Assembly (NCBI RefSeq): GCF_009914755.1
Contig: NC_060927.1
Length of the DNA stretch: 64,000 nucleotides
Source: the human T2T-CHM13v2.0 reference genome, Homo sapiens
Direction: 5' to 3' (one strand)
The translations under genes and the position numbers were made by a program. This document shows, piece by piece, positions 1 through 16,289 of the stretch. Numbering within the stretch: position 1 is the stretch's first letter; each line of letters starts with the position of its first letter. Under the pieces are notes generated by a model. The model had not been told where the DNA came from. It saw only the letters and a list, made by a program, of their open reading frames with translations, and did not search any database.

Positions 1-386
1 GAGAATGGAGAGACTGCCTCCTCAAGTGGGTCCCTGACCCCCGTGTAGCCTAACTTGGAAAAACTTCCCAGTAGGGGCCAACAGACACATCATACAGGTG
101 GGTGCCCCTCTGGGACGAAGCTTCTAGAGGAAGGATCAGACAGCAATATTTCCTGTTCTGCAATATTTGCTGTTCTGCAGCCTCCACTGGTGATACCGAG
201 GCAAACAGAGTCTGGAGTGGAACTCCAGCAAACTCCAATAGACCTGCAGCTGAGGGACCTGATAGTTAGAAGGAAAATGAACAAACAGAAAGGAATAGCA
301 TCAACATCAACACAAAGGACATCTACACCAAAACCCCATCTCTAGGTCACCAACAGCAAAGACCAAAGGTAGATAAAACCACAAAG

Positions 387-1410
387 ATGGGGAGAAACCA
401 GAGCAGAAAAGCTGAAAATTCTAAAACCCAGAGCACCTCTTCTCCTCCAAAGGATCACAGTTCCTTGCCAGCAACGGAATAAAGCTGGACAGAGAATAAC
501 TTTGACAAGTTGACAGAAGTAGGCTTCAGAAGGTCGGTAATAACAAACTTCTCTGATCTAAAGGAGCATGTTCCAACCCATCACAGGAAGCTAAAAACCT
601 TGAAAAAATGTTAGAAGAATGGCTAACTAGAATAAACAGTGTAGAGCAGACCTTAAATGACCTGATGGAGCTGAAAACCATGGCACTAGAACTTCGTGAT
701 GCATGCACAAGCTTCAATAGCTGATTTGATCAAGTGGAAGAAAGGGTACCAGTGATTGAAGATCAAATTAATGAAATAAAGTGAGAAGACAAGGTTAGAG
801 AAAAAGAGTAAAAAGAAATGAACAAAGCCTCCAAGAAATATGGGACTATGGTGAAAAGACCAAATCTACATTTGATTGGTGTACCTGAAAGTGATGGGGA
901 GAATGGAACCAAGTTGGAAAACACTCTTCAGGATATTATCCAGGAGAACTTCTCCAACCTAGCAAGGCAGGCCAGCATTCAAATTCAGGAAATACAGAGA
1001 ACACCACAAAGATACTTCTTCAGAAGAGCAACCCCAAGACACATAATTATCAGACTCACCAAGGTTGAAATGAAGGAAAAATGTTAAGGACAGCCAGAGA
1101 GAAAGGTTGGGTTACCCACAAAGGGAAGCCTATCAGACTAACAGCAGATCTCTCGGCAGAAACCCTATAAGCCAGAAGAGAGTGGGGGCCAATATTCAAC
1201 ATTCTTAAATAAAAGAATTTTCAACAGGGAATTTCATATCCAGCCAAACTAAGCTTCCTAAGTGAAGGAGAAATAAAATCCTTTACAAACAAGCAAATGC
1301 TGAGAGATTTTGTCACCACCAGGCCTGCTTTATAAAAGCTCCTGGAGGAAGCACTAAACATGGAAAGGAACAACCAGTACCAGCCACTGCAAAAACATGC
1401 CAAATGGTAA
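387..1410 (+). pseudogene. Disrupted L1 ORF1 (RNA-binding protein)
   Basis: Starts ATGGGGAGAAACCAGAGC; in-frame TAA at 480-482 plus frameshifts; fragment VKRPNLHLIGVPESDGENGTKLENTLQDIIQENF in ORF 818..1087; ends CAAATGGTAA at 1410. Confidence 0.93.
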
Positions 1411-1473
1411 AGACCATTGATGATGTGAAGAAACTGCATCAATTAATGGGCAAAATAACCAGCTAACATCATA

Positions 1474-5520
<4,047 letters not shown>

Positions 5521-5718
5521 ACAATGAGAGCACTTGGACACAGGACAGGAACATCACACACCGGGGCCTGTTGGGGGCTGGGGTGCTGGGGGAGGGATAG
5601 CATTAGGAGAAATATCTAATGTAAATGACAATTTGATGGGTGCAGCAAACCAACATGGCACATGTATACCTATGTAGCAAACCTGCACGTTGTGCACATG
5701 TACCCTAGAAGTTAAAGT

Positions 5719-5728
5719 GAAAGAAGGA

Positions 5729-5772
<44 letters not shown>

Positions 5773-5849
5773 AGGAAGGAAGGAAGGAAGGAAGGAAGGA
5801 AGGAAGGAAGGAAGGAAAGGAAGGAAGGAAGGAAGGAAGGAAGGAAGGA

Positions 5850-5881
<32 letters not shown>

Positions 5882-5900
5882 AGGAAAGAAAGAAAGAAAA

Positions 5901-5932
<32 letters not shown>

Positions 5933-5939
5933 GAGAAAA
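5719..5939 (+). repeat. Compound (GAAA)n/(GGAA)n microsatellite at the L1 tail
   Basis: Purine-only tract directly after the L1 3' end. Confidence 0.97.
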
Positions 5940-6899
5940 TAAACAGATATGTGAAAATAGGCACTGTTAATGTAGCACTTTTTGGAACTGCCAACTGCCC
6001 TAATATTTCTTGCTATTTAGGCTGAGAGCAGAGGCAGGTACCACAAAAAATAAAAAAGGAAGTGTTGTTCTGATCCTTGACTGGGTCTTGTTGCCAGCGT
6101 TTGGTCTTATCCTCTGCAGTGAATAATTTGTGATAAAACTGGCAAGATAATGTATGCTTCAATAACTTGGCCAATTGCATTAGGCAAACACAGAGCCTTA
6201 AACAGTATTGTTTATGATAAAAGCTGACCAAGAATTCTTACATTAGAAGAATGGGGTTAGGGGAGCCCTAATGCATGAGAAACACCGGAATACAATAAAA
6301 CTTGAGGCAGAGGCACACAATATTGACACTCTTTTGGCTTTTATTCATAGAAACAAAATGTGTCTTTCCTGATCTTATAACCACTGGGAATTTTTTTTTA
6401 ATCTTAAGAAACCTCATTAGCAATAAGAAACCTCATATACAAATCCTATATTTCTCAGGCTGAGATATTCAAGATGCCTAAATGTGGACGCAGTTTCTCT
6501 GAAAAGGGTCGACTCAGAGGTTCAGGAGGGAAGTAGAACTCCACTTGGCAGGAAGTGGGAAAAGTAAGTCAGATGGGCAGTGGGCTGCTAATACCTATTG
6601 GGTATAGATGGATATATCCCTCCTTGTTTTATTCCTTGGCTTCCTAAGGGTACAGGAGACTGTAAGAGGAGTTCAAAGCATTTAGCAGGGTTTCCCTTGC
6701 TCTTTAAAGGATGGTCAGGCAGCTGATCCCAAGGCCAGTAAAAAACAAACAAACAAACAAACAAAAACCTGTCAATTTAAAAGTTTCTGTCCTATGGCTA
6801 CAGGTGACATTCCTCCATAAGTAGAATGTCCAATAATCAATATTTCTTTGTATGTGATTGTTAAGATTATTGTGAAATAATTCTGGTGAGTCTTATTGT

Positions 6900-7637
6900 A
6901 ATGATTTCTCAGTACATTTAGAATAAAACCCAAATCCCTTATGGAATTTACAAGACCCTGGATAATCTGGGCCCCACCAATCTCATCCACCTTTTCCTTA
7001 TACTCTCCAGGGTCATGGCCAGGGTTCAGCCACACTGGCTCTTCAATTCCTTTGTGGCTTCAGCAGTTCTTCTCCAGGTAGTGGAGTTTCCTGCTCCTGC
7101 TGCCTGGAATGACCTCTACCCTGTGCCCTCTTCCTTCAGAAGGCTGGCTCTCCCCAGGTCCCTGACTGCCAATGCAAATCAGACCACCTTTCTTTGTCCA
7201 CTCCATTTTCATCATCCTGATTTACTTCTTAGCACATACCACTATCGGAAGTTAACTGCTCATATTAAAAGACAAAATAATATTATCTGACCAATTATTG
7301 AGCAGTTTCTATATGTCCAGCACTATTCTAAGGATGTTTCTCATATTAAATCATTTTGTTCTGATAATAATTCTTTATATCTGTTTTACAGTTCAGGAAG
7401 TGAGGACACAGACAGGCTAAGCACCTTGCTTTAAGTGACACAACTACTTGGTGGTTGAGCCAGGAATCACCCCAGGAATTTGTTTCTTGTTTATTCTCTG
7501 TCCTCCCATTGGGCTGTAACAATCACTACTAGAGAAGGACTGTGGTAGGTCCTGTTTACTGCTGTGTCCCAGCACCTAGCACAATGCCTGGCACATAGTA
7601 GGTGTTCAATAAATAGCTGTTGAGATAATGAATGAGT
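6900..7637 (+). mobile_element. L2 3' fragment interrupted by a minus-strand MIR (~7295-7470)
   Basis: L2 terminus CCTGGCACATAGTAGGTGTTCAATAAATAGCTGTTGAGATAATGAATGA; MIR core TTTTACAGTTCAGGAAGTGAGG. Confidence 0.7.
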
Positions 7638-7732
7638 AAGGAGATTTCAAAGCCTTATTCCTGCTCCCACCCCTTCCATTTTCTGGGAGATTAGCGTAGA
7701 TGTTGTGCAAACTTCTATTAAATTTGTACTGA

Positions 7733-8069
<337 letters not shown>

Positions 8070-8548
8070 CTACAAACAGACTCAAACTACTCAAGTTAAG
8101 GCAGTTTGAAGCAAAAAAGTCTCCTTACCTGGGCGTGCTTGGGATGTTAAGACAGAAGTATCCTTCAGCCCAGCCCAGCACTGCTCTAACAGCTCCAGGA
8201 TGCCAAACATGTACCCCTGGTTTTGCTCGGCTTCTCTTTGTTTCTTGGTGTAAGCGGTGCCCTCCTGTGCCATCTTGTCTGCAAGAGACAAGTGGGATTT
8301 TACAAAATTTCAAGATGCCGGCATGGGCTGGGCTGGGTTGGGTTCTGGAGGGAAAACCCCGGAGAAATTACCAAGAAATGTCTTAATAAGACCAGAGCTC
8401 TGGATCCTCTGGGCACTCTCTAGAGGCGGGATATATACAGTCTCTGAATTTTAAAATAGAAAACAGTGGGCAGCGGGGAACGGAGTAGAGGGAATCAGAG
8501 GTGCCAAACATTAAAGATATTTTGGGTAATAAAAATTAAAAGTTCATG

Positions 8549-8806
8549 TATCGCAAGAACAAAAAACCAAACGCCGCATGTTCTCATAGGTGGGAACTGA
8601 ACAATGAGAACACTTCGACACAGGAAGGGGAACATCACACACCAGGGCCTGTCGTGGGGTGGGGGGAGGGGGGAGGGATAGCATTAGGCGATATACCTAA
8701 TGTAAATGACGAGTTAATGGGTGCAGCACACCAACATGGCACATGTGTACATATGTAACAAACCTGCACGTTGTGCACAGGTACCCTAGAACTTAGAGTA
8801 TAATAA
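8549..8806 (+). mobile_element. 5'-truncated L1PA 3' end (L1PA4-5-like)
   Basis: L1 3'UTR sequence; TSD AAAAATTAAAAGTT(C/T)ATG at 8531-8548 and 8807-8824. Confidence 0.92.
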
Positions 8807-11384
8807 AAAAATTAAAAGTTTATGATTTAAACAAAGATTCTTATTTCCTGGGATCATTTTGTCACCTCAGTGCTTGCTTCTGGGTTATGGACACTTGGGG
8901 GGGTGGGCCGGATTAACTGTTTTGTCTCTAAACACCTGGGTGCGCTGGCGCTCACTCTCAGCTGCGAGCTGAAGCCCACGCTGCTCTCAGGCTTCCCGCA
9001 ACAGGCACCTGCGACTTCGCTCACCAAAATCTTCCAGTGGCCACAGTGAGCGGGCAGGACTGGTGCCAGCAAGCCCCAAGCATCCCAGGCCCTCTGGACG
9101 CAGGTGACTCTTCTGGCCTCTTTGGAAAGCCATTGGAGCTCGAGAGGCATAGCCAGCTGCCTCCTTTCCGTCCATCCCCAACCGCGTTCTCTAAGCCACG
9201 TTCTGTGCGCCTTACTCCCAGCACTCAGCCATTCCCCAGCCCCAGAGGCCTTGGAGTAGTGACCTCTGCCCACCAGAGAGGAGGGGGCCGGAGGGTGGGG
9301 CGGAGCCTTGTGGCAAGGCAGGTGGGTGCAGGCCTCTGGGGCCCCAGACTGCCGCGTCTGGCTCTACCAGGCTGTGTCTCGGGCCCCGTGCCTGCAGCTG
9401 CAAGGCGGGGAAAGACCTATCGGGAAGATCCACCTCGGCCTGGGCAGAAGGAAACTTTACTGAGAGTCTTCTCTGAGTTTGGAATTATGCGGAAATTGAA
9501 CCCAAGATGAATAACACGCAGCCACAGCCCCAGAGAAGCTCGAAGTCTAGTGGGCTGCACCGACTGCGACAGGGACCCAAAAGAGGCTGGGGAACAGGGA
9601 TTGAAATGGAAGTGTGAGAGTGAGAGCATAGAAGGGGTCCTAGCCCAGCCCAGGAAACAGAAAAGTCTCCCCATAGACAGTGAGAGGCTTGTACTGATAC
9701 CTGAGGTACGCGCAGGAGCTGCGTGAAAGGAGAGGCCCAGAGCCAGAAAAGAGGAAGGCGCATCCTGGACGCTCTGCGCCCTGGAGGGAGACGAAAGGCC
9801 CGGAGAGAAGCAGATTAGGTCGGTGCCCTTAGAGGCCTCTTCCTTCACTTCCGGGAAACAGCGGCGGTTCCCTGACAAAATCCCTGTTGCTCGGGGGTTC
9901 GGACGCCTTGCTAAGGCTGGCACGCAGCGGACCTTGAGTAGCTGCGCTGTGTACTGAACGTGTGCACAGCTTCTCCAGGCAAATGTGCAAGCGGAAAGAC
10001 CTCATCCAAGCGTTATCTCCAGCCCTGGAGGAGAATGAACTGGTAGCCTGGGGCCAAACTTCAGGCCGTGGACAAAGCAGGAGGAGTATTTAGGCAACCT
10101 CTGTCCTAATGCTTGTTCTGGTTGTGACCGAAGTTGCTGACTCTCCTCAGGGGTCACGTCTCCAGGACGTGCTACCCGGTGGTTTAGACCCGTCAGGGAG
10201 GCACAGCGTGAAGGGACAGCGCAGCGCAGTAGAGGCACCTGCTGGAGACAGCACCAGGCCAGACCCCAGGATCACGGGAACTCCTGCTCCCGCCACAGCT
10301 CTAAAGAGTGTTGAATAAACCGGTGGTCACCGGTACTGCGTAAGGGGTGTGCGTGGCTTTGCAGTTCGCCTAGGAGACAAGCTGATGCACGGCCTGGAAG
10401 GTGCAGCCCTCATCCCTGCGTTCCCTCCCCGCGCGGAGTTCCTGTCTCAAGGCCAAGACGCGCAGCGCTGATGCTGGCCCCTTCCTAGGTCAGTGCAGCT
10501 GGACCAGGCAATCGGGGTCTCCGAAACGTCGGGGGGTCAGCTGGCGCCCTGCCCACCATCGAACGCCCTTCGTATCACTCCGCTCCTCATTGCGAATTGG
10601 ACTGCGCATTGGCTGCGACCCAAGGCTGAACACAAGAAGCTTGGAGAGGAGCTCGGGCGTTTGAGGAGAAGGAAATATGAGGAATTGCAGGAAGGCGCTC
10701 GCCTGCCCGAACTGCCTCCGGGCAACTGGAAAGGATTGTCCTGGAAACTGAGAGGAGAGAAAGGACGTAGGACCTTGTGCCAGATCCCCTTGCTGAGTAA
10801 TTTCCAAGAGCTTGGTTTGCATTAACCCAGAACTTTGGGTGTGCGTTTGGTGTCCCCTGGGGGGTTCTAGAGTGAGAGATTGGCGGGTCCCCTCCGAACG
10901 CTGGATCTCGCTGCAGATATCAGTATTTCTCTCATTCCTTCCCAAAGCCGTCGGGATCGCCCAGTAGAATTAGAATTGGGTGATTCCTGAATCTCCTATC
11001 CCTGGCTGGCTCTGAATATAGCGCACCGCTGGTCAGACCTGAGTAGGGGTTGCCAGCGACGCTCGGAAACCCTTTCCAGACTGGGCTGAAAAGTGCGTTT
11101 GCTTCCTGAGACCCTAAGCTAAATGAAACTTCCTGCAGAGAAAGCAGGGTTACAGGGCTGGATGGAGGCTCTGGAGAAAGGCCAGAGCTGGGGTTGGGAA
11201 GGAATGTAAAGGCTGTGCACCTGTTTGCCAGCCCTCGGAGGTGGAGCCCATGGCTAAGCAAATCAAGCGCAGGATCAGTCTTTCCAGCGTGGTTTATCTG
11301 CATGGCAGGTGTCGATTGCCCCAATAGTCTCATCAGGTGTTCCACATTGGGCTGCAGAGCCATGAAATCCCTAGGCGTGACGTC

Positions 11385-11520
11385 TAGTGGAATGGGGGTG
11401 AAAATAGGGATTTTCAAATCCTATACATCAAGCATCACTCCCAGAGTCACTTTTGACAAATCACCTAGTTTTTCTCAACCTTAGTTTCCTAATCTGTAAA
11501 ATGGGGATATTGCCCACCTC
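11385..11520 (+). mobile_element. MIR fragment
   Basis: Core CCTTAGTTTCCTAATCTGTAAAATGGGGATA at ~11479-11509. Confidence 0.75.
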
Positions 11521-12679
11521 TCTGAAAAGTGCGCCAAGGGTGAGAAGTTCCACGCGTCTTTCTAATTTTAGGAAGGGGAAGCAAAGTCTTCTCCTCAAAC
11601 TTGATACACTACATGCTAGAGAAAGATCCTCCCTTCCGGCCTCCTCATTCCCTGTCACCCTCCCCCACTCCTAGCCCCTCGGAGCCAACGGAGCCTTGCG
11701 CGTTTCTGGCCGGTCCTCCCAAGAGAGAATGGTGCAAAAGCCAATAAGCCTGGAACACACGCAGGTCCCGCCGGGCCTGGGACAATGGTTTCCATTTAAT
11801 AAATATTTCCCCCAAGGGCATTTCACATCGGGCAGGCAATTATTCAAAGGAAACAGGCGCGCAGGTTGGCTCTGCGGGTTATTTCGTCCTCTTTACCCGA
11901 AGAATGCTCATTTGACGCAAGAAACGAGTCTCGCAGCCTCCCTGGGTGGGAAGAGGCGCCCAGGGACAAACCGACCCTGGTTGCGATACACCGTGAGACT
12001 CCGCTCTAGGGCCGCTGCAGAAGGGGCACCGGGAAGAGCCCCATACCCAGCCTCTAGGCTCTTCTTACGGTATGAACATTTGTGGAGTAAAAGTTGGAGG
12101 TTTAAAGACACTAAATAATAATAACGTAAATGGGAACTGCAATAGAAATCTCAGCCCCATCCCTGCCCCAAAAGTGAAGAACAGGTCGTAGTGCTTTTAA
12201 GGGCTCACCAACTAGGGTTCGAAATCTCTGCATTGCCTGACGCGAGGCCTTCCAGGAGCAGGTCAGACAACATTGCTCAGCCACCCAGGGTCCCAGCGCT
12301 ACGCCCGGGCGCCGCATCCTGGGGCAGGGGTGGATGCCTAGTTGCAGGGGCTTCCCGGGAGAACACTGCCAAAGCACCGCCGAGGGTGGGGCGCGAAAAG
12401 TTTATTTCGCTTTTACCCTGAGCCTGCTATATGTTATTTTTCTCTTCCAAGGATATTTGACAAGAGGGCAAAGTGCTGTCCTTGCATTTCGCGGCAAAGC
12501 TGTCCTATTTATCAACACAAGCTCTCGCCTCGCTCCCTTTGCTGTCCCTTCCCCGGCCTTTGTATTTCAAGCCCTAATTCTCTTTCACAACCGGGAAAGG
12601 AAACAGGAGACGCGGAAGAGTTTTATTTGTTGACAGTGCCCGAGACAATGTGGAACCGAAGTCCCCAGTCTAGAGCTAG

Positions 12680-12920
12680 CCTCTCTGCTCTAGCCCTCTC
12701 TCTGCCTCTGTCCCTCACACCTCTCCCCGCCCCCACCAGTCGCGCTCTCTGTTTCTTGCACCGGCGTGTTGGCAGGTGCGCCCCCTCGGCTTCTCTGCTG
12801 CTGATTGGCGCCCAGGTTGGGGAGTCGCCGCCCCGCGCTTATGTCAGAGTGCGTGCAGTCCCGGCCCACCTCGCCTTTGAACTTCGCCGCTTTTGGCTCT
12901 CGTTCACCAGCCTCCCCGCA
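12680..12920 (+). promoter_or_regulatory. Probable SOX14 TATA-less core promoter
   Basis: Pyrimidine tract, GC boxes (CCCCGCCCC 12725-12733; GCCGCCCC ~12827-12834) and reverse CCAAT (ATTGG 12804-12808), ~500-700 bp upstream of the ATG. The TSS cannot be fixed from sequence alone. Confidence 0.6.
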
Positions 12921-13389
12921 TTCTCAGCCAGGTGCAGCGCTAGGCGCGGCAGCTCCGGGAAAGCCACGGGAAGGGGGAGCCACGACTGGAAACGCAAGAG
13001 GAGAGAAGGGAACTAGAGAAGGCAAAGGTGGAGAGGGGGAGAAGGAGGAGCTTCTTGCCCTGGCTAAAAAATTACCTGGCCACTTAATCCCGGAGACTCC
13101 GATACTTGGGTCCCAGCCCCTGGTTCCTGAAGCCCCCCGGCCGATCGCCCTCTCCTCCCCCGCCCTTTCTGCCCCCACTCGCTCCCCCGGGGCTGCCTGG
13201 GCGCTGGGACTGGCATGATCAGCTGAACTTTGTGGGGTCAGCGCTTCTCTCTGGCTTCCCCTCAGCGGCGCCAAGGCGAGGGGAGCGCAGAACCCCGGCT
13301 CAGGACGGACAGACAGACGGCCAGCCGCGCCCAGGCTCGTCTGCAGAACCCTTGCACTCCCTACCCCCACCCACCTAGCCGCCGGGACC

Positions 13390-14112
13390 ATGTCCAAACC
13401 TTCAGACCACATCAAGCGGCCCATGAACGCCTTCATGGTATGGTCCCGGGGCCAGCGGCGCAAGATGGCCCAGGAAAACCCCAAGATGCACAACTCGGAG
13501 ATCAGCAAACGCCTAGGTGCCGAATGGAAGCTTCTGTCCGAGGCAGAGAAGCGGCCATACATCGATGAAGCCAAGCGGCTACGCGCCCAGCACATGAAGG
13601 AGCACCCTGACTACAAGTACCGACCTCGGCGCAAGCCCAAGAACCTGCTCAAGAAGGACAGGTATGTCTTCCCCTTGCCCTACCTGGGCGACACGGACCC
13701 GCTCAAGGCGGCTGGCCTGCCCGTGGGGGCCTCCGACGGCCTCCTGAGCGCGCCCGAGAAAGCCCGGGCCTTCTTGCCGCCGGCCTCGGCGCCCTACTCC
13801 CTGCTGGACCCCGCGCAGTTTAGCTCGAGCGCCATCCAGAAGATGGGCGAAGTGCCCCACACCTTGGCTACCGGCGCTCTGCCCTACGCGTCCACCCTGG
13901 GCTACCAGAACGGCGCCTTCGGCAGCCTCAGCTGCCCCAGCCAGCACACGCACACGCACCCGTCCCCCACCAACCCTGGCTACGTGGTGCCCTGTAACTG
14001 TACCGCCTGGTCTGCCTCCACCCTGCAGCCCCCCGTCGCCTACATCCTCTTCCCAGGCATGACCAAGACTGGCATAGACCCTTATTCGTCAGCCCACGCT
14101 ACGGCCATGTAA
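13390..14112 (+). CDS. SOX14: SRY-box transcription factor 14 (SoxB2 HMG-box protein), single exon, 240 aa
   Basis: [49 protein letters not shown]...[14 protein letters not shown] box; group-B motif KKDRYVFP; C-terminus PGYVVPCNC...SSAHATAM; no poly-Ala tracts (unlike SOX21); Kozak ACCATG. Confidence 0.99.
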   Translation: MSKPSDHIKRPMNAFMVWSRGQRRKMAQENPKMHNSEISKRLGAEWKLLSEAEKRPYIDEAKRLRAQHMKEHPDYKYRPRRKPKNLLKKDRYVFPLPYLGDTDPLKAAGLPVGASDGLLSAPEKARAFLPPASAPYSLLDPAQFSSSAIQKMGEVPHTLATGALPYASTLGYQNGAFGSLSCPSQHTHTHPSPTNPGYVVPCNCTAWSASTLQPPVAYILFPGMTKTGIDPYSSAHATAM

Positions 14113-14911
14113 CCCCCAGCCCGGCCCGGACCTGAGGCGTGGTCTGAAAGCCGGGTCTGCACCCTGTCCTCTGAGCCTAGCCCCGGCCTGCAGACGCCTC
14201 CGGGGTCAGCCCTGCCGCTGTCCCTTACACCACCCAGACTTTTCCTCTCTCTTCCAGGGGGAAGGGTGGGGCGTCCTCCCGGACCCAAGGCGCAGACAGG
14301 TACCGGAAACTTGCAAACGTTATGTCAGCTACACAGCTGCCCCTATCCCGACTCTCCCAAAACAAATCTCCGACTGTACCCCCTTTGGACAAAAAAGTAG
14401 GCAGTTTTGCTTTATTTATATCCCCTTCACTCTCCTCGGATAGGCTTTGGACTCTGAACTCCCAGATTCTGATATTATATCTACAATATGCATATATTTT
14501 TTCCTTTTGTCCCCTGAAGAAAAGAGTTAGCTGTGTCTCTGTGTTTTGCCATCAGACACAACTAGGAGCCATTTGCTCTTCATGTATGGGGGGGAAAGGC
14601 TTCAAAGTTTTAAATTACAGAAAGGGAAACATTTCTATTTAAAACCATGCTATGATAGTGTTTGCTTCTTTAAAGGGAAAACAAAAAGGACCTACATGGT
14701 TATTTACTTTGTGTAAAGCAGTGCTTCTAGAGATCTAAGTTTACTTTTAGACAGAATGTCGGGTTATGAAGTCAGGAAGTAGAAGGTGAACAAAAAATTA
14801 AAAGAACAAAAACAACCTAAATGGTCATAAATGTTTTGACGATGTCTTGGAAATGTACCTAGAAGGATTTTACCTCGTTGCTCTGTTCATTTGTTGAACA
14901 AAGACGTTTTG

Positions 14912-14917
14912 AATAAA
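14912..14917 (+). terminator. Likely SOX14 polyadenylation signal
   Basis: First AATAAA I found after the stop codon, at the end of an AT-rich ~800-nt 3'UTR and followed by T/GT-rich sequence. Confidence 0.75.
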
Positions 14918-16289
14918 GACAATCTGTCATTGTAAAAAAGTAACCTTTGATGTGCCTAAAATCTGAAGTCAGGAGCCAGGTTGGAGGGACTGGAAAGTCG
15001 GGTGCGGGGAGGCTGAAAGTGCATAGAGCGACTTTAAGCAGTGATGGCTGGTGGCTGCCCCCCGTTGGCCCAGCTTGGTGGTCTGCGGGTTGGGTGTAGA
15101 AGGGCCTAGAGCTTCGGATCCGTCCGGAATGCGCCCTGGAGATTGCTTTTTGCCTTTAGAGGCTAGACAAAGGTATCGTTCCCTGGGACTTCACTCTCTC
15201 CTCCCATTCTTCCCAAAAGGGTCAGGCCACTTCAAGGAATGAATGAACTAAGTCAAAGGCCGACCCAGACCGCTGAGATCTGGGTGAGTTTACTTTTTAA
15301 AAAACCAAACGCTGAAGGAGCAGGGAGAAGCACCGAGTCTCCTGGGAACCAGTTGCGCGCTGAACACCCCGTCCTGCATTGGATGTTTAAGTTCAAAGCA
15401 TGGGAGAAGACTGGGGGAATCAGGTATTCTGCCTTTTTAGGTGTTTGGAAAGGCTGCTGCCCACTCTTCTGGGGATTTGGTGCTTGATACTGGTTCCTAA
15501 GTTAAAAAATAAAACTCTAAGAAATGCAGAAAAATGTGCCATAGGTCCCTGCCCCAGAATGTCGAACACTTTTTACTGAGACCCTGCAGGAGCAAAGGGA
15601 AAAGGAAGGCGACATTGTCATGGCTCAGGCAAGGAGTTTTTAAAAATCGTAAAAAATCAAATAAAAGCACAGCCCATGACGTTAAACAAGGAAAAGAGTC
15701 CTTTTCTTTCCCCTCCGGGTGAATGTTTTCTTGAAGATTATTGTCTTTCCTGAGAAAGGACCCTCCGATGTTATCCAGCAAAACTCTTTGGAATTTGTTC
15801 TCAAAATCGAAGGGTGCTTTCCACCCTTGGTCTTGGAGTCTCACCCCAAAAGCCGCGCTCACGCGTGGTTTTCCTTAATTTGCGTGCTTTTCCCACTGGC
15901 TTTGATATGCTGTGGGGTGGGAGGTGGGGCAGCCTAGAGGTTTGTGGGCTTTCTGCTGCTGTTGAGAGATTTGTACGCTTGCCTCCGCTGTTTCCAAAGG
16001 AGTCGGTGGCTCGAAGTGCACGGGAAACGTTGTCAACAGACACCAAAGCCGAAACCCGCGGATTAGCATATTGTCCTCAAAACAATTAGAAGTGTTTGAG
16101 GTGTTATTTGGAGCCTATTCATCCGAGCCCCTTTGTCAAAGGGGGATTTTCATTATTAAAAAAAAAAAAAGTTAGCAGTTGTCCATCTGGCTAAGCTGAA
16201 TAGCAAAGTGATCCATGTTGTATATGCTTTTCTCATTAAGAGCTCTTTTGAGACCGATGTTAGAATTAAATGGTATAACACAATTAACA

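Larger units (their letters stand above)
8900..14320. promoter_or_regulatory. CpG-rich domain covering SOX14 upstream region, promoter and gene body
   Basis: High GC and many retained CpGs compared with CpG-depleted flanks; boundaries estimated by eye. Confidence 0.85.

Noticed and set aside
5554-6025. Lys/Glu/Arg-rich and Phe/Ser/Leu-rich ORFs (also 27310-27648)
   Set aside because: Translations of GAAA/GGAA microsatellites.
8854-13218. Many 100-220 aa ORFs upstream of SOX14, including an ATG at 12841 open to 13218
   Set aside because: Expected stop-codon scarcity in GC-rich DNA; most use non-ATG starts and have no recognisable domains; the 12841 ATG probably lies at or upstream of the TSS.
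13224-13240. Nuclear-receptor-like everted half sites TGAACT-N5-GGGTCA
   Set aside because: Non-standard spacing and short motifs; no supporting evidence.
12924-13959. Antisense ORFs (223 aa, 126 aa) overlapping SOX14
   Set aside because: Shadow ORFs produced by GC3-rich codon usage on the coding strand.
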